Assembly (NCBI RefSeq): GCF_044324785.1
Contig: NZ_CP172127.1
DNA length: 64,000 nt
Strand: one strand, 5' to 3'
Source of the DNA: Escherichia coli
GTDB lineage: Bacteria > Pseudomonadota > Gammaproteobacteria > Enterobacterales > Enterobacteriaceae
Part shown: positions 1 to 10,881 of the stretch, one piece after another
Position numbering within the stretch: position 1 is the first letter of the stretch
How the letters are laid out: the number at the start of each line of letters is the position of its first letter
Notes under the pieces: model-generated
Databases searched by the model: none
What the model was told of the DNA's origin: nothing
The model's input: the letters and a program-made list of their open reading frames with translations, nothing else
Position numbers and translations under genes: made by a program

Positions 1-195
1 AGTGAAGAATCCATTCGTTATATCAAAGACTTGTCACATGGAATGCAGCGCATAGAAATTCGTTGCGGTAACTGTGATGCCCATCTGGGGCATGTCTTCC
101 CCGACGGGCCGCAGCCAACGGGCGAACGTTATTGTGTTAACTCTGCCTCTTTACGCTTTACCGATGGCGAAAACGGCGAAGAAATCAACGGTTGA
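1..195 (+). CDS. msrB: Peptide methionine sulfoxide reductase MsrB, C-terminal fragment (gene begins upstream of window)
   Basis: Frame-1 reading from position 1 to TGA at 193-195; translation ...[47 protein letters not shown] matches the MsrB C-terminus with the CxxC zinc motif. Confidence 0.85.
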
Positions 196-236
196 AAAAA
201 CGATTCAGCAACTTATTCCACAGGAGCGGAAAAATT

Positions 237-509
237 ATGAATCTTGATGACATTATCAACAGCATGACGCCTGAGGTATACCAGCGTTTGTCAACAGCCG
301 TTGAACTGGGTAAGTGGCCAGATGGCGTTGCGCTGACCGAGGAACAAAAAGAGAACTGCCTGCAACTGGTGATGCTGTGGCAAGCCCGCCATAATACCGA
401 AGCTCAGCATATGACAATTGACACAAATGGTCAGATGGTTATGAAGAGCAAACAACAGTTAAAAGAAGATTTTGGTATCTCAGCAAAGCCTATTGCCATG
501 TTTAAGTAA
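237..509 (+). CDS. yeaC: DUF1315-family protein YeaC (90 aa)
   Basis: ORF 192..509 in the track; start moved to ATG 237 (MNLDDIINSMTPEVYQRL...), preceded by AGGAG at 222-226; position downstream of msrB as in E. coli. Confidence 0.8.
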   Translation: MNLDDIINSMTPEVYQRLSTAVELGKWPDGVALTEEQKENCLQLVMLWQARHNTEAQHMTIDTNGQMVMKSKQQLKEDFGISAKPIAMFK

Positions 510-878
510 GTGGTTTATCCCCTTTTTGCCGCGATTATAAAGGGGATATCCAACAATAACCCCACGACTCATCTCAATTATCTCGTCACGACCAGGCAAA
601 GCCCCAGCCCGGTCTCTTGCAGTCGCGTTCACGCCTGAATGACTTCTCCTGAACTTAAGTCTCAGACCTATTTGGCCGGTAATCCCTCTCAAATTTGCTC
701 ATTTTGCGTTCCGCCTTCCATCAACCTGTAACAGATCCAGCCATTTTCTGCGTAATTGTGATCTCAGTTGTAAAACGCAGATCATTATCTGTGTTTTGCA
801 GATTTAATGTTGACCTCAAAAATCATGTGGGTAAGTATGATGACCATCTAAGCAAAACAAAACACAGAGGATGACGCA

Positions 879-1955
879 ATGAAAGCACTGGCTCGGTTTG
901 GCAAAGCCTTTGGCGGCTACAAGATGATCGATGTGCCACAACCCATTTGTGGCCCGGAAGATGTAGTGATTGAAATTAAAGCCGCGGCAATCTGCGGCGC
1001 AGACATGAAGCACTACAATGTCGATAGCGGTTCTGATGAGTTTAACTCTATCCGCGGCCATGAGTTCGCAGGTTGTATTACGCAGGTTGGTGAAAAAGTC
1101 AAAGACTGGAAAGTGGGGCAACGCGTCGTGTCGGATAACAGCGGTCACGTCTGCGGCGTTTGTCCGGCCTGTGAACAAGGTGATTTTCTGTGTTGTACAG
1201 AAAAAGTAAACCTTGGTCTGGATAACAATACCTGGGGCGGTGGTTTTTCCAAATATTGTCTGGTTCCTGGCGAAATTCTCAAAATTCATCGTCATGCGTT
1301 GTGGGAAATCCCTGATGGTGTTGATTATGAGGACGCAGCCGTACTTGACCCTATCTGTAATGCCTACAAATCCATCGCGCAGCAATCGAAATTCCTTCCT
1401 GGTCAGGATGTGGTCGTCATCGGCACTGGCCCACTCGGGCTGTTCTCCGTACAAATGGCGCGGATTATGGGGGCGGTAAATATCGTCGTCGTTGGTCTGC
1501 AAGAAGATGTGGCGGTCCGCTTTCCGGTTGCAAAAGAACTGGGTGCGACGGCTGTAGTAAATGGTTCTACCGAAGATGTGGTGGCGCGCTGCCAGCAAAT
1601 TTGTGGCAAAGACAATCTGGGACTGGTGATTGAATGCTCCGGTGCCAATATCGCACTGAAACAAGCCATCGAAATGCTCCGCCCGAACGGGGAAGTGGTA
1701 CGCGTTGGAATGGGCTTCAAACCTCTTGATTTCTCGATTAATGACATTACCGCCTGGAACAAAAGCATCATTGGGCATATGGCCTATGACTCCACCTCAT
1801 GGCGTAACGCTCTCCGGCTATTAGCCAGCGGCGCTATCAAAGTCAAACCGATGATCACGCATCGTATCGGCCTGTCGCAATGGCGCGAAGGGTTTGAAGC
1901 GATGGTCGATAAAACCGCAATCAAAGTGATCATGACTTACGACTTTGATGAATAA
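879..1955 (+). CDS. ydjL: Zn-dependent medium-chain alcohol/polyol dehydrogenase YdjL (358 aa)
   Basis: Track ORF; GHEFAG Zn-ligand motif, CGVCPACEQGDFLCC structural-Zn motif, VVVIGTGPLG Rossmann motif. Confidence 0.9.
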   Translation: MKALARFGKAFGGYKMIDVPQPICGPEDVVIEIKAAAICGADMKHYNVDSGSDEFNSIRGHEFAGCITQVGEKVKDWKVGQRVVSDNSGHVCGVCPACEQGDFLCCTEKVNLGLDNNTWGGGFSKYCLVPGEILKIHRHALWEIPDGVDYEDAAVLDPICNAYKSIAQQSKFLPGQDVVVIGTGPLGLFSVQMARIMGAVNIVVVGLQEDVAVRFPVAKELGATAVVNGSTEDVVARCQQICGKDNLGLVIECSGANIALKQAIEMLRPNGEVVRVGMGFKPLDFSINDITAWNKSIIGHMAYDSTSWRNALRLLASGAIKVKPMITHRIGLSQWREGFEAMVDKTAIKVIMTYDFDE

Positions 1956-1981
1956 CTACTCTCCTGAAGGAACGTTATCGC

Positions 1982-3361
1982 ATGGAACAGATAACAAAAC
2001 CGCATTGTGGTGCACGGCTGGATCGCTTACCGGATTGCCGCTGGCATTCGTCAATGTTTGCTATCGTCGCGTTTGGCTTGCTTGTCTGCTGGAGTAATGC
2101 CGTTGGTGGCTTGATCCTCGCGCAGCTGAAAGAGTTGGGCTGGACAGATAATTCCACCACTGCCACATTCTCAGCAATCACGACCGCCGGAATGTTTCTC
2201 GGTGCGCTGGTTGGCGGCATCATCGGTGACAAAACCGGTCGCAGAAATGCGTTCATCCTCTATGAGGCCATTCATATTGCCTCGATGGTGGTCGGTGCTT
2301 TTTCACCGAATATGGATTTCCTTATTGCCTGCCGTTTTGTGATGGGCGTTGGGCTGGGAGCTTTACTGGTGACGCTGTTTGCTGGGTTCACCGAATATAT
2401 GCCCGGTAGAAATCGCGGAACGTGGTCCAGTCGGGTTTCCTTTATTGGCAACTGGTCATATCCGCTCTGTTCATTGATTGCGATGGGACTCACGCCGCTG
2501 ATTAGTGCTGAGTGGAACTGGCGGGTACAACTGCTTATCCCTGCAATATTGTCGCTTATCGCTACGGCGCTGGCCTGGCGCTACTTTCCTGAATCCCCGC
2601 GCTGGCTGGAATCGCGCGGACGGTATCAGGAAGCCGAGAAAGTCATGCGGAGTATAGAAGAAGGCGTCATACGCCAGACGGGTAAACCTTTGCCGCCCGT
2701 GGTTATTGCTGATGACGGTAAAGCGCCACAAGCGGTGCCGTATTCAGCCTTACTGACAGGCGTATTACTGAAACGCGTGATATTAGGTTCTTGTGTGCTG
2801 ATTGCCATGAACGTTGTGCAGTACACACTAATTAACTGGTTGCCAACGATATTCATGACCCAGGGGATTAATTTAAAAGACTCGATTGTTTTAAATACCA
2901 TGAGTATGTTTGGCGCGCCATTTGGTATTTTTATTGCCATGCTGGTGATGGATAAAATTCCGCGTAAAACAATGGGTGTGGGGCTATTAATCCTGATTGC
3001 GGTGCTCGGATATATCTATTCACTGCAAACCAGTATGTTGCTCATAACGTTGATTGGTTTCTTCCTGATTACTTTCGTCTATATGTACGTTTGCTATGCC
3101 TCGGCAGTGTATGTCCCTGAAATCTGGCCGACAGAGGCCAAACTCCGTGGCTCCGGTCTGGCGAATGCGGTAGGGCGAATCAGTGGTATTGCCGCACCTT
3201 ATGCCGTTGCAGTGCTGCTCAGTAGTTATGGCGTAACGGGAGTCTTTATTCTTCTGGGGGCGGTTTCAATTATTGTCGCAATTGCTATCGCCACCATTGG
3301 AATTGAAACCAAAGGTGTCTCCGTTGAAAGTTTAAGTATTGATGCAGTAGTCAATAAATAA
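1982..3361 (+). CDS. ydjK: MFS (sugar-porter-like) transporter YdjK (459 aa)
   Basis: Track ORF; multi-span hydrophobic protein with MFS signature GDKTGRR after TM2. Confidence 0.88.
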   Translation: MEQITKPHCGARLDRLPDCRWHSSMFAIVAFGLLVCWSNAVGGLILAQLKELGWTDNSTTATFSAITTAGMFLGALVGGIIGDKTGRRNAFILYEAIHIASMVVGAFSPNMDFLIACRFVMGVGLGALLVTLFAGFTEYMPGRNRGTWSSRVSFIGNWSYPLCSLIAMGLTPLISAEWNWRVQLLIPAILSLIATALAWRYFPESPRWLESRGRYQEAEKVMRSIEEGVIRQTGKPLPPVVIADDGKAPQAVPYSALLTGVLLKRVILGSCVLIAMNVVQYTLINWLPTIFMTQGINLKDSIVLNTMSMFGAPFGIFIAMLVMDKIPRKTMGVGLLILIAVLGYIYSLQTSMLLITLIGFFLITFVYMYVCYASAVYVPEIWPTEAKLRGSGLANAVGRISGIAAPYAVAVLLSSYGVTGVFILLGAVSIIVAIAIATIGIETKGVSVESLSIDAVVNK

Positions 3362-3377
3362 TACTGGTGGATTCAAA

Positions 3378-4421
3378 ATGAAAAATTCAAAAGCAATATT
3401 GCAGGTGCCGGGCACAATGAAAATTATTTCAGCAGAAATACCTGTGCCTAAAGAAGATGAAGTTTTGATTAAAGTGGAATATGTCGGTATTTGTGGTTCA
3501 GATGTACATGGTTTTGAATCAGGCCCGTTTATTCCGCCTAAAGACCCAAATCAAGAAATTGGCCTGGGACATGAATGCGCCGGGACGGTTGTGGCTGTGG
3601 GAAGCCGTGTGCGCAAATTTAAAGCGGGGGATCGGGTAAATATCGAACCTGGCGTTCCTTGCGGTCACTGTCGTTACTGTCTGGAAGGCAAATATAACAT
3701 CTGCCCGGACGTTGATTTTATGGCGACACAACCTAACTACCGCGGCGCATTAACGCACTATCTGTGTCATCCGGAGAGCTTTACTTACAAACTGCCCGAC
3801 AATATGGACACGATGGAAGGGGCGCTGGTGGAGCCTGCCGCAGTCGGGATGCATGCCGCGATGCTGGCAGATGTTAAACCGGGTAAGAAGATAATTATTC
3901 TGGGAGCGGGTTGTATTGGTTTGATGACGTTGCAAGCGTGCAAATGCCTGGGAGCAACGGAAATTGCCGTCGTTGATGTACTGGAAAAACGTCTGGCAAT
4001 GGCGGAACAGCTTGGTGCGACAGTGGTTATTAACGGCGCAAAAGAAGACACTATTGCACGCTGTCAGCAATTTACCGAAGACATGGGCGAAGATATTGTT
4101 TTCGAAACAGCGGGTTCTGCGGTCACCGTTAAACAGGCACCTTATCTGGTAATGCGCGGCGGTAAAATTATGATTGTTGGTACTGTACCGGGCGATTCGG
4201 CAATCAATTTCCTCAAAATCAATCGCGAAGTCACTATCCAGACAGTATTCCGCTATGCCAATCGTTATCCGGTCACGATTGAAGCTATTTCCACAGGGCG
4301 ATTCGATGTGAAATCGATGGTGACACATATTTACGATTATCAGGATGTACAACAGGCATTTGAAGAGTCGGTTAACAACAAACGCGACATTATTAAAGGC
4401 GTTATTAAAATTAGCGATTAA
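3378..4421 (+). CDS. ydjJ: Zn-dependent sorbitol/threonine-dehydrogenase-like oxidoreductase YdjJ (347 aa)
   Basis: Track ORF; GICGSDVHGF, GHECAG and CGHCRYCLEGKYNIC Zn-ADH motifs. Confidence 0.9.
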   Translation: MKNSKAILQVPGTMKIISAEIPVPKEDEVLIKVEYVGICGSDVHGFESGPFIPPKDPNQEIGLGHECAGTVVAVGSRVRKFKAGDRVNIEPGVPCGHCRYCLEGKYNICPDVDFMATQPNYRGALTHYLCHPESFTYKLPDNMDTMEGALVEPAAVGMHAAMLADVKPGKKIIILGAGCIGLMTLQACKCLGATEIAVVDVLEKRLAMAEQLGATVVINGAKEDTIARCQQFTEDMGEDIVFETAGSAVTVKQAPYLVMRGGKIMIVGTVPGDSAINFLKINREVTIQTVFRYANRYPVTIEAISTGRFDVKSMVTHIYDYQDVQQAFEESVNNKRDIIKGVIKISD

Positions 4422-4441
4422 TTAATACGGGAGAACAGAAT

Positions 4442-5278
4442 ATGCTCGCAGATATCAGATATTGGGAAAACGATGCCACAAATAAACATTATGCAATTGC
4501 CCATTTTAACGTATGGAATGCAGAAATGTTGATGGGCGTTATCGACGCAGCCGAAGAAGCGAAATCACCGGTTATTATTTCTTTTGGTACAGGTTTTGTC
4601 GGCAACACCTCATTTGAAGATTTCTCTCACATGATGGTATCAATGGCACAAAAAGCAACGGTGCCGGTAATAACTCATTGGGATCATGGTCGGAGTATGG
4701 AGATTATTCATAACGCCTGGACTCATGGTATGAATTCATTAATGCGTGATGCTTCCGCGTTTGATTTCGAAGAAAATATTCGTTTAACCAAAGAGGCTGT
4801 TGATTTTTTCCATCCGCTGGGTATTCCGGTAGAGGCGGAATTAGGGCATGTCGGTAATGAAACCGTTTATGAGGAAGCTCTGGCGGGCTATCACTATACC
4901 GATCCTGACCAGGCGGCTGAATTTGTTGAACGTACGGGCTGTGACTCATTGGCTGTCGCCATCGGCAACCAGCATGGGGTTTATACGTCAGAGCCACAAT
5001 TGAACTTTGAGGTCGTCAAACGCGTACGCGATGCCGTTTCTGTTCCGCTGGTTTTGCACGGTGCATCGGGGATCAGTGATGCCGACATTAAAACTGCAAT
5101 TTCGTTGGGTATCGCGAAAATCAACATTCATACGGAGCTCTGTCAGGCCGCAATGGTAACAGTGAAAGAAAACCAGGATCAGCCTTTCCTGCATTTAGAA
5201 CGTGAAGTACGTAAAGCTGTAAAAGAACGGGCATTGGAAAAAATTAAACTGTTCGGTTCTGATGGCAAAGCGGAATAA
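4442..5278 (+). CDS. ydjI: Class II (metal-dependent) fructose-bisphosphate-aldolase-family aldolase YdjI (278 aa)
   Basis: Track ORF; class II FBA/tagatose-bisphosphate aldolase fold motifs (HxDHG, HGASG). Confidence 0.88.
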   Translation: MLADIRYWENDATNKHYAIAHFNVWNAEMLMGVIDAAEEAKSPVIISFGTGFVGNTSFEDFSHMMVSMAQKATVPVITHWDHGRSMEIIHNAWTHGMNSLMRDASAFDFEENIRLTKEAVDFFHPLGIPVEAELGHVGNETVYEEALAGYHYTDPDQAAEFVERTGCDSLAVAIGNQHGVYTSEPQLNFEVVKRVRDAVSVPLVLHGASGISDADIKTAISLGIAKINIHTELCQAAMVTVKENQDQPFLHLEREVRKAVKERALEKIKLFGSDGKAE

Positions 5279-5282
5279 TGAT

Positions 5283-6230
5283 ATGGATAATCTCGACGTT
5301 ATTTGTATAGGTGCCGCTATTGTTGATATTCCATTGCAACCGGTCAGTAAAAATATCTTTGATGTGGATTCTTATCCTCTTGAAAGAATCGCAATGACCA
5401 CCGGGGGTGATGCAATAAATGAAGCAACAATTATTTCTCGTCTGGGCCATCGCACAGCATTAATGAGTCGTATTGGTAAAGATGCCGCCGGGCAATTTAT
5501 TCTCGACCATTGCCGCAAAGAGAATATTGATATTCAAAACCTGAAGCAGGACGTCAGCATAGATACCTCTATTAACGTTGGACTGGTGACGGAGGATGGC
5601 GAGCGGACGTTTGTTACAAACCGTAACGGCAGTCTGTGGAAATTGAATATTGACGATGTTGATTTTTCGCGGTTTTCTCAGGCGAAATTATTATCACTGG
5701 CCAGTATTTTCAACAGTCCTCTATTGGATGGTAAAGCGCTAACAGAAATTTTTACGCAAGCTAAAGCCCGGCAGATGATTATCTGTGCCGATATGATCAA
5801 ACCGCGGTTGAATGAAACGCTGGATGATATTTGCGAAGCATTGAGTTATGTCGATTATCTGTTTCCTAATTTTGCCGAGGCAAAATTACTCACCGGGAAA
5901 GAGACACTGGATGAAATTGCTGACTGCTTTCTTGCGTGCGGCGTAAAAACGGTGGTGATTAAAACGGGTAAAGACGGCTGCTTTATCAAGCGTGGTGACA
6001 TGACGATGAAGGTGCCGGCGGTCGCAGGAATAACCGCCATCGACACTATTGGCGCAGGCGATAACTTTGCTTCTGGCTTTATAGCGGCTCTGTTAGAAGG
6101 CAAAAATCTGCGTGAATGCGCACGCTTTGCCAATGCAACGGCTGCTATTTCGGTTTTAAGCGTCGGTGCCACCACCGGTGTAAAAAACAGAAAGCTGGTC
6201 GAACAATTGCTGGAAGAATACGAAGGATAA
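5283..6230 (+). CDS. ydjH: PfkB/ribokinase-family sugar kinase YdjH (315 aa)
   Basis: Track ORF 5262..6230; start placed at ATG 5283 (MDNLDVICIGAAIVD...); C-terminal GAGD anion-hole motif typical of PfkB kinases. Confidence 0.88.
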   Translation: MDNLDVICIGAAIVDIPLQPVSKNIFDVDSYPLERIAMTTGGDAINEATIISRLGHRTALMSRIGKDAAGQFILDHCRKENIDIQNLKQDVSIDTSINVGLVTEDGERTFVTNRNGSLWKLNIDDVDFSRFSQAKLLSLASIFNSPLLDGKALTEIFTQAKARQMIICADMIKPRLNETLDDICEALSYVDYLFPNFAEAKLLTGKETLDEIADCFLACGVKTVVIKTGKDGCFIKRGDMTMKVPAVAGITAIDTIGAGDNFASGFIAALLEGKNLRECARFANATAAISVLSVGATTGVKNRKLVEQLLEEYEG

Positions 6231-6239
6231 TGAAGGCAA

Positions 6240-7220
6240 ATGAAAAAGATACCTTTAGGCACAACGGATATAACGCTTTCGCGAATGGGGTTGGGGACAT
6301 GGGCCATTGGCGGCGGTCCTGCATGGAATGGCGATCTCGATCGGCAAATATGTATTGATACGATTCTTGAAGCCCATCGTTGCGGCATTAACCTGATTGA
6401 TACTGCGCCAGGATATAACTTTGGCAATAGTGAAGTTATCGTCGGTCAGGCGTTAAAAAAACTGCCCCGTGAACAGGTTGTAGTAGAAACCAAATGCGGC
6501 ATTGTCTGGGAACGAAAAGGGAGTTTATTCAACAAAGTTGGCGATCGGCAGTTGTATAAAAACCTTTCCCCGGAATCTATCCGCGAAGAGGTAGAAGCCA
6601 GCTTGCAACGTCTGGGTATTGATTACATCGATATCTACATGACGCACTGGCAGTCGGTGCCGCCATTTTTTACGCCGATCGCTGAAACTGTCGCAGTGCT
6701 CAATGAGTTAAAGGCCGAAGGGAAAATTCGCGCTATCGGCGCTGCTAACGTCGATGCTGACCATATCCGCGAGTATCTGCAATATGGTGAACTGGATATT
6801 ATTCAGGCGAAATACAGTATCCTCGACCGGGCAATGGAAAGCGAACTGCTGCCGCTATGTCGTGATAATGGCATTGTGGTTCAGGTTTATTCCCCGCTAG
6901 AGCAGGGATTGTTGACCGGTACCATCACTCGTGATTACGTTCCGGGCGGCGCTCGGGCAAATAAAGTCTGGTTCCAGCGTGAAAACATGCTGAAAGTGAT
7001 TGATATGCTTGAACAGTGGCAGCCACTCTGTGCTCGTTATCAGTGCACAATTCCCACTCTGGCACTGGCGTGGATATTAAAACAGAGTGATTTAATCTCC
7101 ATTCTTAGTGGGGCTACTGCACCGGAACAGGTACGCGAAAATGTCGCGGCATTGAATATCAACTTATCGGATGCAGACGCAACATTGATGAGGGAAATGG
7201 CAGAGGCCCTGGAGCGTTAA
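6240..7220 (+). CDS. ydjG: Aldo-keto reductase YdjG (326 aa)
   Basis: Track ORF; AKR family signature (LIDTAPGY, catalytic tetrad context). Confidence 0.88.
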   Translation: MKKIPLGTTDITLSRMGLGTWAIGGGPAWNGDLDRQICIDTILEAHRCGINLIDTAPGYNFGNSEVIVGQALKKLPREQVVVETKCGIVWERKGSLFNKVGDRQLYKNLSPESIREEVEASLQRLGIDYIDIYMTHWQSVPPFFTPIAETVAVLNELKAEGKIRAIGAANVDADHIREYLQYGELDIIQAKYSILDRAMESELLPLCRDNGIVVQVYSPLEQGLLTGTITRDYVPGGARANKVWFQRENMLKVIDMLEQWQPLCARYQCTIPTLALAWILKQSDLISILSGATAPEQVRENVAALNINLSDADATLMREMAEALER

Positions 7221-7356
7221 ATACTCAACACGATTCACCTCTGTTTCTGTGAAAACTGTGATGAAAATCTGTGATTCAAACAGGTTATTTTGAAAGTAAA
7301 CATCGGTTATGCGATAATCGCGCTAATGTGATGTAAAAAGATACAGGGGTGTAATC

Positions 7357-8115
7357 GTGGCGGCAAAAGACAGGATTCAGGCAATTAAGCAAATGGTTGC
7401 CAACGATAAAAAGGTGACAGTCTCAAATTTGAGTGGGATTTTTCAAGTAACCGAAGAAACCATTCGCCGCGATCTTGAGAAGCTGGAAGATGAAGGCTTT
7501 TTGACCAGAACCTATGGTGGTGCTGTTTTAAATACAGCGATGTTGACGGAGAATATCCATTTTTATAAGCGCGCTTCATCGTTTTATGAAGAGAAGCAGC
7601 TTATTGCACGCAAGGCACTACCCTTTATCGACAATAAAACCACTATGGCAGCCGATTCCAGTAGTACCGTTATGGAATTGCTCAAATTGTTGCAGGACCG
7701 TAGTGACCTGACGTTGCTAACCAACTCGGCGGAAGCGATTCATGTTCTGGCTCAATCAGAAATTAAAGTCGTTTCAACGGGGGGGGAACTAAACAAAAAT
7801 ACACTTTCCCTGCAAGGAAGAATTACTAAAGAGATCATCAGCCGCTACCATGTCGATATCATGGTAATGAGTTGTAAAGGTCTTGATATTAACAGCGGCG
7901 CGCTGGACTCTAACGAAGCGGAAGCTGAAATCAAAAAGACAATGATCCGTCAGGCGACAGAAGTTGCGTTATTGGTTGATCACTCTAAGTTTGATCGCAA
8001 AGCTTTTGTCCAGTTAGCTGACTTTAGTCATATTAATTACATAATAACTGATAAATCACCGGGTGCAGAGTGGATAGCATTTTGCAAAGACAATAATATC
8101 CAGCTGGTGTGGTAA
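7357..8115 (+). CDS. ydjF: DeoR-family transcriptional regulator YdjF (252 aa, GTG start)
   Basis: Track ORF; N-terminal HTH (VTVSNLSGIFQVTEETIRRDLEKLE) and C-terminal DeoR sugar-phosphate-binding domain; GTG at 7357. Confidence 0.88.
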   Translation: MAAKDRIQAIKQMVANDKKVTVSNLSGIFQVTEETIRRDLEKLEDEGFLTRTYGGAVLNTAMLTENIHFYKRASSFYEEKQLIARKALPFIDNKTTMAADSSSTVMELLKLLQDRSDLTLLTNSAEAIHVLAQSEIKVVSTGGELNKNTLSLQGRITKEIISRYHVDIMVMSCKGLDINSGALDSNEAEAEIKKTMIRQATEVALLVDHSKFDRKAFVQLADFSHINYIITDKSPGAEWIAFCKDNNIQLVW

Positions 8116-9510
8116 TTTAAGCACACGTTGTCAATATTATTTGTTCCTGCGCCTGGAAATAAAATGATGATAAAGATGCGGCAAGTGAATTTGCCGCAAT
8201 TGCTACCTTTTTAGCAAATCCGAGGCACCTAATGGAACAATATGATCAAATTGGCGCAAGACTGGACCGCTTGCCTTTGGCCCGGTTTCATTATCGTATA
8301 TTTGGTATTATAAGCTTTAGTCTGTTATTAACGGGTTTTTTGAGTTATTCAGGCAATGTTGTTTTAGCAAAGCTGGTAAGCAATGGATGGTCAAATAATT
8401 TCCTCAATGCCGCCTTTACCTCGGCATTAATGTTTGGTTATTTCATCGGCTCTCTTACCGGTGGGTTCATCGGTGATTATTTTGGGCGGCGCAGGGCTTT
8501 TCGCATAAATCTTCTCATCGTCGGTATTGCGGCAACAGGGGCCGCTTTTGTCCCTGATATGTACTGGCTCATCTTCTTTCGCTTCCTGATGGGCACAGGA
8601 ATGGGGGCGCTGATTATGGTTGGCTATGCTTCGTTTACGGAGTTTATCCCCGCGACGGTGCGTGGAAAATGGTCCGCGCGGCTCTCATTTGTCGGTAACT
8701 GGTCGCCCATGTTGTCTGCGGCGATAGGCGTGGTGGTTATCGCTTTTTTTAGTTGGCGGATAATGTTTCTGCTGGGTGGTATTGGCATACTGTTAGCCTG
8801 GTTTCTCTCAGGTAAATACTTTATTGAGTCGCCTCGATGGTTGGCGGGGAAAGGACAAATCGCAGGTGCAGAAAGCCAACTTCGTGAAGTAGAGCAGCAA
8901 ATTGAAAGAGAGAAGAGTGTTCGTTTACCCCCGCTTACTTTGAATCAGAGCAACAGCAAGGCTAACATAATCAATGGTACTTTCTGGCTGCTGTTTAAAG
9001 GGAAAATGTTACGACGTACATTAGTCGCGATTACTGTTTTAATTGCAATGAACATTTCACTTTATACCATCACCGTATGGATACCGACCATATTTGTTAA
9101 CTCCGGCATTGATGTCGATAAATCAATATTAATGACTGCTGTTATTATGATTGGTGCTCCGGTAGGAATATTTATTGCGGCATTAATTATTGATCATTTT
9201 CCTCGTCGATTATTTGGCTCCGCCTTACTTATTATTATTGCCGTGTTAGGCTATATCTATTCAATTCAGACTACAGAGTGGGCGATTTTAATCTATGGCC
9301 TGGTGATGATCTTCTTTTTATACATGTATGTTTGCTTCGCGTCGGCGGTTTATATCCCGGAGCTTTGGCCAACGCATTTACGCCTGCGCGGTTCAGGTTT
9401 CGTTAATGCCGTCGGACGGATCGTCGCGGTCTTCACGCCTTATGGCGTTGCGGCACTATTAACGCATTATGGGTCAATCACGGTGTTTATAGTGCTTGGC
9501 GTGATGTTAG

Positions 9511-10705
<1,195 letters not shown>

Positions 10706-10839
10706 TTAGTGCTCTGTGCGCTGGTTCTCTCCATTTTTGGCATCGAAACGCGGAAGGTGTCATTGGAAGAGATTTCTGAGGTGAATTAAATCTTTCGTTG
10801 ATGGCGTCAATTGCCAGAGGTACCACTGACGTGTTTTAT

Positions 10840-10874
10840 CTGGCCTACAATGGCAGTACAGAATTGTAGGCCAG
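10840..10874. terminator. Perfect 12-bp inverted repeat (CTGGCCTACAAT / ATTGTAGGCCAG, 11-nt loop) between the convergent ydjE and pncA 3' ends; probable bidirectional terminator
   Basis: Read directly from sequence; no clean U-tract on either side, so terminator function is inferred. Confidence 0.5.
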
Positions 10875-10881
10875 CATAAAA

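Noticed and set aside
515-548. Inverted repeat TATCCCCTTT / AAAGGGGATA just downstream of yeaC
   Set aside because: 10-bp stem but a 13-nt loop and no following T-tract; it may be a REP-like or weak termination structure but is not a convincing intrinsic terminator.
757-777. Possible CRP site TGTGATCTCAGTTGTAAAA upstream of ydjL
   Set aside because: Only the left half-site TGTGA matches; the right half (TTGTA versus TCACA) is poor, so the element was treated as part of the candidate palindromic operator instead.
816-1778. 320-aa ORF on the minus strand opposite ydjL, and many similar long antisense ORFs in the track (for example 3750..4352, 13220..13780, 37792..38280, 61202..61696, 62699..63310)
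   Set aside because: Each lies entirely within a well-supported gene on the other strand, lacks a plausible RBS, and has low-complexity or atypical composition; they are shadow ORFs rather than genes.
8178-8212. Hairpin GCGGCAA-gtgaat-TTGCCGC after ydjF as a possible terminator
   Set aside because: The 7-bp stem is followed by a T-run only after a 10-nt gap, and it lies within the likely ydjE promoter region; too weak to call.
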